Shown here: positions 28,912 to 39,539 of the stretch, piece after piece
Layout of the letters: each line of letters opens with the position of its first letter
Numbering within the stretch: position 1 is the stretch's first letter
Assembly: GCA_048885525.1 (NCBI GenBank)
Contig: JBHLLP010000002.1
Coordinates: forward strand, 64,001 to 128,000
DNA: 64,000 bases
Direction of reading: 5' to 3'
From: Candidatus Hermodarchaeota archaeon
Lineage (GTDB): Archaea > Asgardarchaeota > Lokiarchaeia > Sigyniarchaeales > SOKP01
Notes under the pieces: model-generated
What the model was told of the DNA's origin: nothing
What the model saw: the letters and a program-made list of their open reading frames with translations, nothing else
Database searches by the model: none
Translations under genes and position numbers: made by a program

Positions 28912-30399
28912 ATGCCAATTAAACATAAAGAATGGGTTAAAAATCCAAAAATTTTTGAAATTAATACATGGTCATGGCTTCATTTTCTATCAGAGACTTT
29001 TAATAATCCGATTACTCTAAAGAATGTCCCTAACGAGATTATTCAAAGAGAATTAAGATTTTTCGACGCAGTGTGGCTTATGGGGGTGTGGGAAAGAAGT
29101 CCTGCTAGTAAAAAGATAGCATTTGAGCATCCTGATCTACAAGAAGAATATCATAAAGCTTTAGAAGACTTTAGAGATGATGACGTTATAGGATCACCAT
29201 ATTCAGTATATTATTATCATGTTGATAAATATTTTGGTGGTATTGATGGTTTAAAGAAGGTCAGAGAGAGATTTGCTGAACAAGATATCAGATTAATATT
29301 GGATTACGTCCCAAATCATGTATCTATAGATTCATTATGGACATTTGAATCAGGTTTATTCATTGAAGGGACTTTAGATGATTTAATGGCTCATCCATAT
29401 GAATTTTTCAGTATAGGAAAAAAAGTATTTGCTTATGGTCGTGATCCAAATTTTCCTCCTTGGACAGACACAATTCAAATTAACGCTTTCTCAAAAGAGG
29501 CTCGTCAAAAGACAATTAATACTCTTTTAAGTATTGCTGAACTCTGTGATGGTATTCGCTGTGATATGGCAATGTTAATGACCAATAATATATTTAATAG
29601 AACATGGGGTAAAAGAGCGGGACCTCCTCCAAAACAAGAATTTTGGGAAGAAATCATTACTGCTGTGAAGGAGAAATATCCAAATTTCCTATTTATAGCA
29701 GAAGTGTATTGGGATATGGAATGGGAACTTCAACAACAAGGATTCGATTTTTGTTATGATAAAAAGTTGTATGAGCGATTAACCCATGAGAATGCAACCC
29801 TAATTAGAGATCATCTAAAGGCAGAATGGCTTTATCAAAGTAAGCTTATGAGATTTATTGAAAACCATGATGAGTTAAGAGCTGTAGAAAGATTTGGAGA
29901 AGAGAAGTCAAAAGCTGCTGCAATTATAGCATTTACGTTACCAGGAGCAAGATTAATATATGAGGGACAGACTCGTGGTAATAAAGTAAAATTACCAGTT
30001 CAACTTGGAAGAAGACCATTTGAAGAAGATAATAAAAATCTATATAATTTTTATCAAAATTTATTAAAATCAATTCCTGGAAGAGAATTTGGTAATGCTA
30101 GCTGGTCTCTATGTGAATCAAAATCTTTAGAGTCTAACAATTCTTCATTTTCAAATATCATTTCTTATTTATGGTGGATAAATGATAATTATAGACTTAT
30201 AGTTGTTAATTATAGTCCAGTTCCTTCAAAAGCTCATGTAAGAATAAGTCCTTTTCATTTTGATACTCATAAATGGAAATTCATAGACTTACTTAATCAG
30301 AAATCCTATACATACAATGGAGAAGATTTGTATAAACATGGTTTATATGTAGAGTTAAATGCATGGAATGGTCATATTTTTAGTATAAAGAAAGATTAG
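28912..30399 (+). CDS. Alpha-amylase family (GH13) protein
   Basis: VWLMGVW, GSPY, LDYVPNH, DGIRCDMAM, FIAEVY, FIENHDE. Confidence 0.92.
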   Translation: MPIKHKEWVKNPKIFEINTWSWLHFLSETFNNPITLKNVPNEIIQRELRFFDAVWLMGVWERSPASKKIAFEHPDLQEEYHKALEDFRDDDVIGSPYSVYYYHVDKYFGGIDGLKKVRERFAEQDIRLILDYVPNHVSIDSLWTFESGLFIEGTLDDLMAHPYEFFSIGKKVFAYGRDPNFPPWTDTIQINAFSKEARQKTINTLLSIAELCDGIRCDMAMLMTNNIFNRTWGKRAGPPPKQEFWEEIITAVKEKYPNFLFIAEVYWDMEWELQQQGFDFCYDKKLYERLTHENATLIRDHLKAEWLYQSKLMRFIENHDELRAVERFGEEKSKAAAIIAFTLPGARLIYEGQTRGNKVKLPVQLGRRPFEEDNKNLYNFYQNLLKSIPGREFGNASWSLCESKSLESNNSSFSNIISYLWWINDNYRLIVVNYSPVPSKAHVRISPFHFDTHKWKFIDLLNQKSYTYNGEDLYKHGLYVELNAWNGHIFSIKKD

Positions 30400-30457
30400 T
30401 AGGTTTCATCATCTACTCGTAAGAAGTTTTTAATAATATAATAAACTAATGCTTTAT

Positions 30458-31747
30458 ATGAAAACTGTTATCATTGCCGCAGGAGAAGGAAAAAGACTAA
30501 GACCAGTAACTTCTACCCTGCCAAAACCTTTGATTCCAATTGCTGGAAAACCTTTACTAGAGCATACGATATTAGGATTAAAAGATTCTGGAATAACTGA
30601 AATTTTGCTTGTTGTTGGATATAAAGAAAATTTAATTAAGGATTATTTTGGAGATGGAAAAGAGAAATTTGATATAAAAATTCAATATATTACGCAAAAG
30701 GAGCAATTGGGAACAGCTCATGCTTTTGGATATGGTAAAGATTTCGCGAATAATGAACCTATTTTGTTAATGTATGGTGATTTATTAGTAGAAGCAAAAG
30801 TTTATCAAGAAATTGTTCAAAAATTTATGGAAAAAGAAGTAGAAGGTATAATATTATTAATGGAAGTAGTAAATCCCGAAGAATTTGGCATTGTTTCTTT
30901 AAATCCTCAGGGATTTGTAGAAAAAATTATAGAAAAGCCTACGCCAGAGATGAATGCAGGAAATCTAGCAAATGCAGGCGTTTTTATATTTGATTCTAGT
31001 ATCTTTCAAGCAATTGAAAAGACTGAAAAATCAGTTCGAGGTGAATATGAATTTACAGATTCTATGGAAATTCTAATAAACCAATTTAAAGGGAGAATTT
31101 TTGGTCATACACTTAAAGATTATTTCTGGAGTGATATAGGATTACCTTGGCAATTTTTAGATGCGAATAGATATCTTTTAGACAAAGTTGAAAAAAAAAT
31201 ATTGGGGCAGGTTGAAGAAAATGTTCATATCTCAGGCAAAATATATATTGGTGTGGGAACTACCATTAGATCTGGTTCTTATATTCAAGGTCCTTGTTAC
31301 ATTGGAAATAATAATTTAATTGGTCCAAATTCAATAATAGGACCATATACATTCATTGCTAATGATTGTCATATTAGTATTAGTGAAATAGAAAATTCTA
31401 TTATTCTTTCGAATACTTTAATTCCAGACATTAATTATATAGGAGATACTATTATCTGTGAGAATGTAAATCTGGGATCTGGGACTAATGTCAAGAATTT
31501 AAGATTTGATGAAGAGAATGTTAAGGTAACAATTAAAGGTCAATTAGTTGATTCAAGAAGAAAGAAGTTAGGCGCAATTATAGGATCAAATGTAGAAATT
31601 GGAACAAATGTTATTATATTGCCCGGGAAAATTATTGGGGAAAATTCAAGAATCGGCCCGGATACATTAGTAAGAGAGGATATTCCTCCAAATACTTTTT
31701 ATTACACTAATCCAAATAAAGAGATTATTAAGAAGAGTTTAAAATAA
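30458..31747 (+). CDS. glmU: Archaeal GlmU-like sugar-1-phosphate nucleotidyltransferase with a left-handed beta-helix domain
   Basis: IIAAGEGKRLRP, PKPL, QLGTAHA, YGD, EKP, RGEYEFTD, WSDIG, hexapeptide repeats; second ATG preferred. Confidence 0.88.
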   Translation: MKTVIIAAGEGKRLRPVTSTLPKPLIPIAGKPLLEHTILGLKDSGITEILLVVGYKENLIKDYFGDGKEKFDIKIQYITQKEQLGTAHAFGYGKDFANNEPILLMYGDLLVEAKVYQEIVQKFMEKEVEGIILLMEVVNPEEFGIVSLNPQGFVEKIIEKPTPEMNAGNLANAGVFIFDSSIFQAIEKTEKSVRGEYEFTDSMEILINQFKGRIFGHTLKDYFWSDIGLPWQFLDANRYLLDKVEKKILGQVEENVHISGKIYIGVGTTIRSGSYIQGPCYIGNNNLIGPNSIIGPYTFIANDCHISISEIENSIILSNTLIPDINYIGDTIICENVNLGSGTNVKNLRFDEENVKVTIKGQLVDSRRKKLGAIIGSNVEIGTNVIILPGKIIGENSRIGPDTLVREDIPPNTFYYTNPNKEIIKKSLK

Positions 31748-31808
31748 TTGTAATATCTACTTGTAAAAGTTTTATTAAGAGTTAGAAATTATTTTTATTA
31801 AAAAGAAT

Positions 31809-33083
31809 ATGAAATATGAACTAGGAAAGGGATTTAACCATATGTTAGATAAAAAGAATTCAGTAATTTCTGCTTTAATAGATAGAGGAGTTAAAATACC
31901 GAATCCTGCTTCAGTTGAGATAGGCGAAGAAGTCGATATTAATCTAATATCATCTGAGAATGTTATAATACATTCTGGTTGTAAAATATTTGGTGAAAAA
32001 ACAATTATTATGCCAGGAGTTAAGCTCGGTAGTAGATCTCCAGTTACTATTAAGAATTGTCAATTAGGAAAAGACGTAGAATTAAGAGGAGGTTATTTTG
32101 AAGAATCAACTTTTCTGGATTCTGCGAATATGGGTGATGGAGCTGAAGTCCGGGCAGGTTGTCTTTTAGAAGAGGAAGCTAATGGTGCTCATACAATAGG
32201 TCTTAAACAAACTGTTCTTTTTCCATTTGTTACATTAGGGAGTATTATTAACTTTTGTGATATTTTAATGGCAGGAGGGACGAGCAGAGCAAATCATAGT
32301 GAAGTAGGCAGTTCATATATTCATTTTAATTACACACCTAATCAGGATAAAGCAACTGCATCTTTAGTCGGAGATGTTCCTTATGGTGTTATGCTCAATC
32401 AACCTCCAATCTTTTTGGGCGGTCAAGGAGGATTGGTAGGGCCAAGTCAGATAGGATATAATACCACTATAGCTGCAGGAGTTATTTATCGTGGAGATTG
32501 TCCTCAAGGCCATAAGCTTTTAATGGGAAAAGAACCTCAAAAAGAAGATAAAAATTTCTATCCTGGCCTCTATTGGAGTATTAAAAGAAGAGTTATAAAT
32601 TCTATTGAATATATTGCTAATATAATAGCTCTTAGACAATGGTACCTATATGTACGCTCTAAGTTTTATCAGGGTAATAATATGAAAAAGTTGCTCTATG
32701 AAGGTGCTGTTGAAAAGATTGAGATTATTTTTAATGAGAGAGTTAAACGATTCAAAGCACTAGCTAATAAGATGCAGAAGTCTATAGAATTATATAAATC
32801 GATTATGGATGATAAAGCATCAGAAGAGTTAATCAAGCAAAAAAGAGAACTATTAGAGAATAATTCATATATAGAGAATGGTTTTATTGAATGTTTATCT
32901 TATTCCGGTGATAAGGAAAAAAGAGACGAATTTTTAAATAATTTAGATACATCAACTAAGGATTATATTAATGTAATAAAAAATTTAGATCAGCATAGTT
33001 TAGAACTTGGAACTTCTTGGCTTTTAAGTATAGTTGAACAAACTCGTAAGACCATAATGAAATATCTTCCATCGTTTATTTAA
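31809..33083 (+). CDS. GlmU-related beta-helix protein lacking the nucleotidyltransferase domain (putative acetyltransferase)
   Basis: LIDRGVKIPNP, AHTIGLKQT, LGSIINFCD, HSEVGSSYIHFNY, DKAT. Confidence 0.72.
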   Translation: MKYELGKGFNHMLDKKNSVISALIDRGVKIPNPASVEIGEEVDINLISSENVIIHSGCKIFGEKTIIMPGVKLGSRSPVTIKNCQLGKDVELRGGYFEESTFLDSANMGDGAEVRAGCLLEEEANGAHTIGLKQTVLFPFVTLGSIINFCDILMAGGTSRANHSEVGSSYIHFNYTPNQDKATASLVGDVPYGVMLNQPPIFLGGQGGLVGPSQIGYNTTIAAGVIYRGDCPQGHKLLMGKEPQKEDKNFYPGLYWSIKRRVINSIEYIANIIALRQWYLYVRSKFYQGNNMKKLLYEGAVEKIEIIFNERVKRFKALANKMQKSIELYKSIMDDKASEELIKQKRELLENNSYIENGFIECLSYSGDKEKRDEFLNNLDTSTKDYINVIKNLDQHSLELGTSWLLSIVEQTRKTIMKYLPSFI

Positions 33084-33112
33084 TGTTTCTTTTTTCATTT
33101 TATAAACGTAAA

Positions 33113-34963
33113 TTAATGGACTGTAACAGTTTTCGATAAATTAAGCGGTTTGTCAGGATCTAAACCGTGAAGTAGAGAAGCGTAATACGCCAATAATTGT
33201 AACGCAGGTGTGAACGTTATTGGACTGAAGATATTATAATATTTATTACCAGGTTGTGGTATTTCAATTGTTTTATCACTTAATTCCGAAATAATTTTAT
33301 CGTCTTCAACAACAAGAGAAATAATTTTGCCTCCTCTTGCCTTAAATTCCATTACATTTCCAATTAATCGTTGATAAGTCTCATCTGGGGGGGCAATGAA
33401 TATAATAGGAAATCCTTCTCTAACTAGAGAAATCGGTCCATGTTTAGCATGTGCGGCTGAATATCCTTCAATAAAACGACAAGCAACTTCTTTTAATTTC
33501 AAGCCTCCTTCTTTAGCAGTAGCGATTGATATTCCCCTTGCTAAAAAGAAAAATTGTGTGCTTTTTTCTAGAGTATTTACAATATTTTTAATCACATGAA
33601 CCTTTTCATTCAAAAAATTTTCAATAATTTGCGGAGTAGATTGTAGGGCTATCTTATAATTTTTAATATCTGATTCTGATTCAACTTTTCTTAGTTTTGC
33701 AATCTCTAATGCAATTAAAGCTAAAGTGAGCACTTGAGTACAATAGGTCTTAGTTGCCGCAACACCTATCTCTGGTCCAGCTTGAGTTACAATCACATGA
33801 TCAGAATATCTAGTAAGTGTAGATCCCACTACATTTGTAATTGTTAAAATTTTTACATTTTTGTTATTTTTTGCCCATCTAATTGCTTCAATTGTATCAA
33901 TTGTTTCACCGGATTGTGAAAGCGCAATTATTACTGAATCATTTTTTAATGAATTGGATAATTGAGTTTGGAATTCAGAACATTCAATTGCTTGTATATA
34001 TTTACCTAAAAATCTTGTAATAATAAATTTCCCCGCCAAAGAAGCGTAAAAAGAAGTTCCTGCCGCAGTTATATAGATATTATCTGCGGACCATAAATGA
34101 TTAGCAAAAATTCTTAATAGATCTTTAGAAATTTTCAGAGTTCGTCTCATTGCGTTTGGTTCTTCATATATTTCTTTTAACATAAAATGTTCATAACCTC
34201 CTTTTTCTGCAGCATCAATATTCCATTCAATTAAATTTAATTCTTTCTCAATTTTTATATCATTCTTAAGATCATAGAATTCAACTTCACCTGCTTTTAG
34301 AACAGCAAGTTCATCATCCTCCATAATATAACATTTTCTTGTTAATGGTAAAAAAGCAGGAATATCTGATGCTAAATAAGTAGTTTTATTTTCATCTATT
34401 CCAATTACTAATGGAGATTCTTTCCTCACAACAATTATTAAATCTGGATAATCAGCATGACAAACTGCTAATCCATATGCACCACTACATAACTCCAATG
34501 CTTTTATTACAGAGTCTTTTAAATTAAATCCTTCTTTCAATTTGCTTTCAATTAAATGAGGAATAACTTCTGTATCTGTATCAGATTTGAAAATATGACC
34601 TTTTTTAATGAGTTCTTTTCTTAAGTCTATAAAATTATCAATTATACCATTATGAACAACCGCAATTTTATTAGAACAATCCGTATGTGGGTGACTGTTG
34701 ATTTTTGTAGGTGCTCCATGAGTAGCCCACCTTGTGTGTGCAAGAGCAAGTTTAGAGTCATTTGGGATATCTGCTAAATTGATTTTTTTTTGAATTTCAT
34801 CAATTTTTCCTGAATCTTTTTTAACAAATAAAGTAGAATTAGATAGAGAAACTATTCCACAGGAATCGTATCCTCGATATTCTAAGCGCTTAATTCCCTC
34901 AACTACGACTTTTCCTAAGGATAAATTGTTTTGATTTGTTATTATCCCAAAAATACCGCACAT
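33113..34963 (-). CDS. glmS: Glutamine--fructose-6-phosphate aminotransferase (isomerizing)
   Basis: MCGIFG, LEYRGYDS, HTRWATHG, HNGII, SQSGET, KHGP, NLSKTVTV. Confidence 0.96.
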   Translation of the reverse strand: MCGIFGIITNQNNLSLGKVVVEGIKRLEYRGYDSCGIVSLSNSTLFVKKDSGKIDEIQKKINLADIPNDSKLALAHTRWATHGAPTKINSHPHTDCSNKIAVVHNGIIDNFIDLRKELIKKGHIFKSDTDTEVIPHLIESKLKEGFNLKDSVIKALELCSGAYGLAVCHADYPDLIIVVRKESPLVIGIDENKTTYLASDIPAFLPLTRKCYIMEDDELAVLKAGEVEFYDLKNDIKIEKELNLIEWNIDAAEKGGYEHFMLKEIYEEPNAMRRTLKISKDLLRIFANHLWSADNIYITAAGTSFYASLAGKFIITRFLGKYIQAIECSEFQTQLSNSLKNDSVIIALSQSGETIDTIEAIRWAKNNKNVKILTITNVVGSTLTRYSDHVIVTQAGPEIGVAATKTYCTQVLTLALIALEIAKLRKVESESDIKNYKIALQSTPQIIENFLNEKVHVIKNIVNTLEKSTQFFFLARGISIATAKEGGLKLKEVACRFIEGYSAAHAKHGPISLVREGFPIIFIAPPDETYQRLIGNVMEFKARGGKIISLVVEDDKIISELSDKTIEIPQPGNKYYNIFSPITFTPALQLLAYYASLLHGLDPDKPLNLSKTVTVH

Positions 34964-35119
34964 TTTAAAATAAAAAGCATCTAAGATATTTTAATGTTTC
35001 ATTTATTGATTGGTAGGATTGAGATTATTTGAGAAAATGATATATACTAATTTTTATATTAAAGTAGCCATTTTTTACATTAAATTTTTATATACAATTC
35101 TTTAATAAGGTAATAAAAT

Positions 35120-36079
35120 TTGCCAATCAGCGTTATAATAACAAAAGATTTTAATCATATGAGTGAAGTAGCAGCGGAAATAGTTATAGAAAGTATTATC
35201 AATGGGCTAAATGAACAAGAAGAGTTTGTATTAGGTTTAGCTACTGGAAATTCACCTACGGGTCTTTATAAACATCTAGCAAAATCATTTAATTCTGGAA
35301 AAATAGATAGCACAAAGATTCGTAGTTTTAATCTTGATGAATATATAGGACTTCCTGGTGAAAACCCCCAACAAAGAATGTTACACCCTGAGAGTTATTG
35401 TTATTTTATGATTCAAGAATTTTTTGGCCTTCTCGATAAAAAATTCATTGAAACATCTGTACCCTATGGTAATTTGATTGATCAGAAAAAATTAATAAAT
35501 GAACTTAAAACACACCCAGAAGACTGGAAGGAATTAGGAACCAATGCTGGTAAGTCAATTGTTATCAAAGAAAATTCATCCTCAGATTATTTACAGTGGA
35601 TTAGAAAAAGTTTATTAGAAGAATATGCTCATAAAATAAATGATGCTGGAGGCATTGATTTACAAATAATAGGTGTTGGAGGTCGTGGTCATGTAGCTTT
35701 CCATGAATCGGGGATCCCTTTTAAAGATAGTAGTCTTTTATTAGTAAAACTTGATGATAATACAGTTGAAAATGCTGTGGTCGATGGACATTTCTCTTCA
35801 AAAGAAGAATCTCCATTGTATGCCATCAGTATGGGTGTTGAATTAGTATATAAAGCAAAAAAAGTAATGTTATTAGCTAATGGAGAGCGTAAGGTTGAAT
35901 CAATCTCAAAATCATTATTAAATACCCCAACTCCTGAAATCCCTATATCTTATGGACAAATATATTCAGAAAATGGTGGCAATTTAATTTATATAATCGA
36001 TAAGATTGCTGGGCGAAAACTTCTAGCTAATAAAAAAATATTAAAAGAAAAAGGATTTGAAATGAGACTCTTAATATAA
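35120..36079 (+). CDS. nagB: Glucosamine-6-phosphate deaminase
   Basis: VLGLATGNSP, FNLDEY, GGIDLQIIGVG, GHVAF, AISMG. Confidence 0.88.
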   Translation: MPISVIITKDFNHMSEVAAEIVIESIINGLNEQEEFVLGLATGNSPTGLYKHLAKSFNSGKIDSTKIRSFNLDEYIGLPGENPQQRMLHPESYCYFMIQEFFGLLDKKFIETSVPYGNLIDQKKLINELKTHPEDWKELGTNAGKSIVIKENSSSDYLQWIRKSLLEEYAHKINDAGGIDLQIIGVGGRGHVAFHESGIPFKDSSLLLVKLDDNTVENAVVDGHFSSKEESPLYAISMGVELVYKAKKVMLLANGERKVESISKSLLNTPTPEIPISYGQIYSENGGNLIYIIDKIAGRKLLANKKILKEKGFEMRLLI

Positions 36080-36179
36080 AAATTATTTATGCTTTTTTTT
36101 ATATTATCTATAATTTTGATACTAAAAACATATTAAATCCATTAGAAAAAGCAAAAAAAATTTAAGAATTAAGAAAACC

Positions 36180-37607
36180 TTATATTAAATTTAATTTTTT
36201 CATTCGTTCTTGAGCAAGTTCGTTCAATGCTTTTGATTCTTCCAAACTTACACTTGATTCTCCAGAGAGCCTTAAATAAGGGCTTGTTCCAGAGCGTCTT
36301 ATCAAAATCCATCCATCATTATAATCAAATCTTACTCCATCCATCTTGTTGATGTTTTTTATTTGTTTTCCTTCTATATCTAAAACTTCTTTTATTTCAT
36401 CAGTGATTTTTTTATTTATGTCCTCTGTAAAGGGTATATCTTTTTTTAATTTAAAGTTCGTGCTATAGTATGGATATATAGGAATATCTTCCAATAACTC
36501 TCGTAAGGTTTTTCCAGATTCAACAATCATCCTTAACACTTTAGCTATCGTGGCTAATGAATCAGGTCCTAGATGAGTTCTAGGCCATATGTATGTGCCA
36601 GAGGTTTCTCCTCCTAAAAAGCCTCCATGTTCTTTTAATGCTTGTGCGACTTTTATATCCCCAACTTCCGTGTAAATAACCTCACATCCAATAGGTGTCA
36701 ATATATCTTCCAATAAACTCGATGAATTAATTGCAGTAGTAACTTTTAGGTTTTCCTGAGGGATTTCATTTTTATATCTATTGAAGTAATCAACAGCCAT
36801 TAATGCCAAAAGACGAATTGGATCAACAATTTCTCCATCTTCATCTAAAAATATAACCCTATCGGCATCTCCATCAAGTGCTATTCCGATATCACTTGTA
36901 TCTGAGGATTTCAGAAATTTTGAAAGCTTAATTAAATTTTCTTTGCTTGGTTCCGAATTACGCCCTGGAAATTTACCGTCCATTTGAGCATTAATGGTCA
37001 TAATTTTTACATTATAAGTGCTTAATAATTTTGGAGCTATATCGCATCCAGCTCCGTTTCCCGGATCAAGTATTACATGTAATGAACTTCCCTCAAATTT
37101 GATACGATTTGTAATATCATCAATATGAATATCATTAATATCCTCAACATGCGTAACCTTTCCTACTTCATCCCAATTAATATCTATAAATTTTTTATCA
37201 TTGTAAATTCTTTCAATTTCTTCTTCTTGTTCAGGTATGTACCCCATTCCAGACGGATTCCAAATTTTTAGACCGATATATTCGGGGGTATTATGAGACG
37301 CAGTAATCATAACTCCACAATCTGCATTTAAAAATTTTTGCGACATTGCTAAAGTAGGAGTTGTGACTATACCTAAGGTTTTTACAGTGCAACCAGTGCT
37401 TACTAAACCAGAAATTAAAGCATATTCTATTGGTAAAGCAGAAGTTCTAATATCTTTACCGATAACAACGGTACCTTTACCATTTAGATAGGTTCCCAAT
37501 GCAAGACCTACATCTAACGCCATTTGAGGTGTAAACATGACATCTGATTCACTATAATTTTGAAATACACGACGTATTCCAGATGTGCCAAACATAACTG
37601 TTGTCAT
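36180..37607 (-). CDS. glmM: Phosphoglucosamine mutase / phosphohexomutase
   Basis: FGTSGIR, MITASHN, DGDADR, GGETSG, RRSGT; lies in the hexosamine cluster. Confidence 0.85.
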   Translation of the reverse strand: MTTVMFGTSGIRRVFQNYSESDVMFTPQMALDVGLALGTYLNGKGTVVIGKDIRTSALPIEYALISGLVSTGCTVKTLGIVTTPTLAMSQKFLNADCGVMITASHNTPEYIGLKIWNPSGMGYIPEQEEEIERIYNDKKFIDINWDEVGKVTHVEDINDIHIDDITNRIKFEGSSLHVILDPGNGAGCDIAPKLLSTYNVKIMTINAQMDGKFPGRNSEPSKENLIKLSKFLKSSDTSDIGIALDGDADRVIFLDEDGEIVDPIRLLALMAVDYFNRYKNEIPQENLKVTTAINSSSLLEDILTPIGCEVIYTEVGDIKVAQALKEHGGFLGGETSGTYIWPRTHLGPDSLATIAKVLRMIVESGKTLRELLEDIPIYPYYSTNFKLKKDIPFTEDINKKITDEIKEVLDIEGKQIKNINKMDGVRFDYNDGWILIRRSGTSPYLRLSGESSVSLEESKALNELAQERMKKLNLI

Positions 37608-37941
37608 TTAATTATCACCATTAATGAAAATAATTATTTTTTTCTATAAAGATGTTTTAATATACGATAAATTGAAGTAATGAAGATTATTAAATATATT
37701 TTCTGTATCTAATGATAATCTAATCCATTAAATTCTATGTTTCAACTTCAAATTTACAAGAACTTATATAAATAAAAAAAAGGATACCATTAAAGTAATT
37801 CTTTGATTTTGTCAGATTTTTCATCTCTTAATTATTTTTAATAACTTAATTAAAAAAAGAAAAATATTAATTTCCTCAAATTCTATATAAATTAATATTA
37901 TATTATGTTAAAACTCTACCAGCTTTTTAGCTTTTCCCAAA

Positions 37942-39420
37942 ATGATTTACCAAGGACTTTTTAACATCTTAGATTTATACTTCAAGGAGATTGATCTTTT
38001 TTATAATAATATAGATCAATATTTCCGGGATAAAATCATTAACTTTTTTGAAGAAAGTCTTGTAAATGACAGTAATATTAACCAAAAGCTTGAAGAACTT
38101 ACAAAGTTTGTTATAAAACTTTTTGTGGACATTGGGTTTGAAGAATTTGAAATAGAGAAAGAATTTTTAGATCCTTTTCTAGAAATAAGAAATAAAGATG
38201 CTGAAGAAATAACTTCGATTTTAGAATTGTATGAAAAAAAACTTGCACCAATAATTTATGAAATCTTTTTAGAGATAATTGTTGATTATCTTATAGATAT
38301 TAAAGTTGCAACTTTAATGTTAAAACTAAAATCTGAAGGATTCCTAACAATTGAATTTATTATGGAACTGAGAAATTTAAAAAATCTAATTGAGAGAGAT
38401 CCTGAAAAAAGGGAGAATTTAAAAAAATATATTCAAATTCAAGAGAAAATAATTGATAAATTTCAAAAGAATAAGGAGAAAATTGAAAGCCTTGAGGATC
38501 TTCAAGAACCAGAATTTAAACTCCAAATATTATATTTGATTTATAGAATTATTCATTTCTTCCATCTTCAGAAAAAATTTGATTTCTCTCACATAAAATC
38601 ATATTTAGAAGAAAATTTAGATGAATGGTTGATAGATGTTCCATTGGTTACACTAAAAAACCCAGATATTTATTATTGTGGAATTTATCTATCTAATCAA
38701 CTGAATACCAATCTTGATAATAAAAAAATTAAAGAATTTTTGTTAAATTTGTTTAAAGAAGCAATAGAAAGATACGAATCCCCACTTATAGAAGCTACAG
38801 ATGGCGCCTATTATTTTGTTAAATCAACAGAATTGATGAAATTATGGCTCACTTATGAACAGATAAATAAAATTATTAAAGCAGATGCAAAATTTTTTGA
38901 ATCTAATTATCTAAAAAACCTAGAAACATCTCAATTAGTTGTGATCTTAAAATTATACTATCATTTAGGAGTCAGTAGACTCGAACAAAAGATTAAAGCT
39001 ATTAGCGAAGAATTAGAGTTACGCATTACACCAGATGGAATAAAACAGTTTCGAGATGGTTTTGTTTCTTCAGAAGCCACTTATTATGTTCTTTTTTGTC
39101 ATTACATGAATAATTCACTTGAGAAGCTTAAGGATTTCGATTTACTAAAAGTTATTGTATCTCGGATCTATAGAAACTTAGAGCTCCTTGATTTTTCTGT
39201 AGATACGAACTATGATCTATTGAGCGAATTATTTTATTCTATTGAAAGTTTAAAACTGTTTAATTGTATAGAAACTAAAGAAATGATAAAGCACTTAGCA
39301 AAGTATTTATTTCCTCAGGAAATATTTGATACTATCTCATCTAGTAAAGAAACAATTCGAGAAAAAGCAAAATTTAGACATTTAAAAGTAAATAAAATTA
39401 CAGGAGAAACAATTTATTAA
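37942..39420 (+). CDS. Hypothetical all-alpha protein
   Basis: Long ORF with helical repeats (IYY, AYY, TYY) suggesting an alpha/alpha toroid. Confidence 0.7.
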   Translation: MIYQGLFNILDLYFKEIDLFYNNIDQYFRDKIINFFEESLVNDSNINQKLEELTKFVIKLFVDIGFEEFEIEKEFLDPFLEIRNKDAEEITSILELYEKKLAPIIYEIFLEIIVDYLIDIKVATLMLKLKSEGFLTIEFIMELRNLKNLIERDPEKRENLKKYIQIQEKIIDKFQKNKEKIESLEDLQEPEFKLQILYLIYRIIHFFHLQKKFDFSHIKSYLEENLDEWLIDVPLVTLKNPDIYYCGIYLSNQLNTNLDNKKIKEFLLNLFKEAIERYESPLIEATDGAYYFVKSTELMKLWLTYEQINKIIKADAKFFESNYLKNLETSQLVVILKLYYHLGVSRLEQKIKAISEELELRITPDGIKQFRDGFVSSEATYYVLFCHYMNNSLEKLKDFDLLKVIVSRIYRNLELLDFSVDTNYDLLSELFYSIESLKLFNCIETKEMIKHLAKYLFPQEIFDTISSSKETIREKAKFRHLKVNKITGETIY

Positions 39421-39539
39421 CCCAAATTATCTTATTACCTATTTCTTTAATGATTTTAGCATTAATTAATATATTGACTAAAATTATAAATTAATCCTAA
39501 TCATTTTAATAAGTTAATAAAAAAAAGCTACTGGTATTT

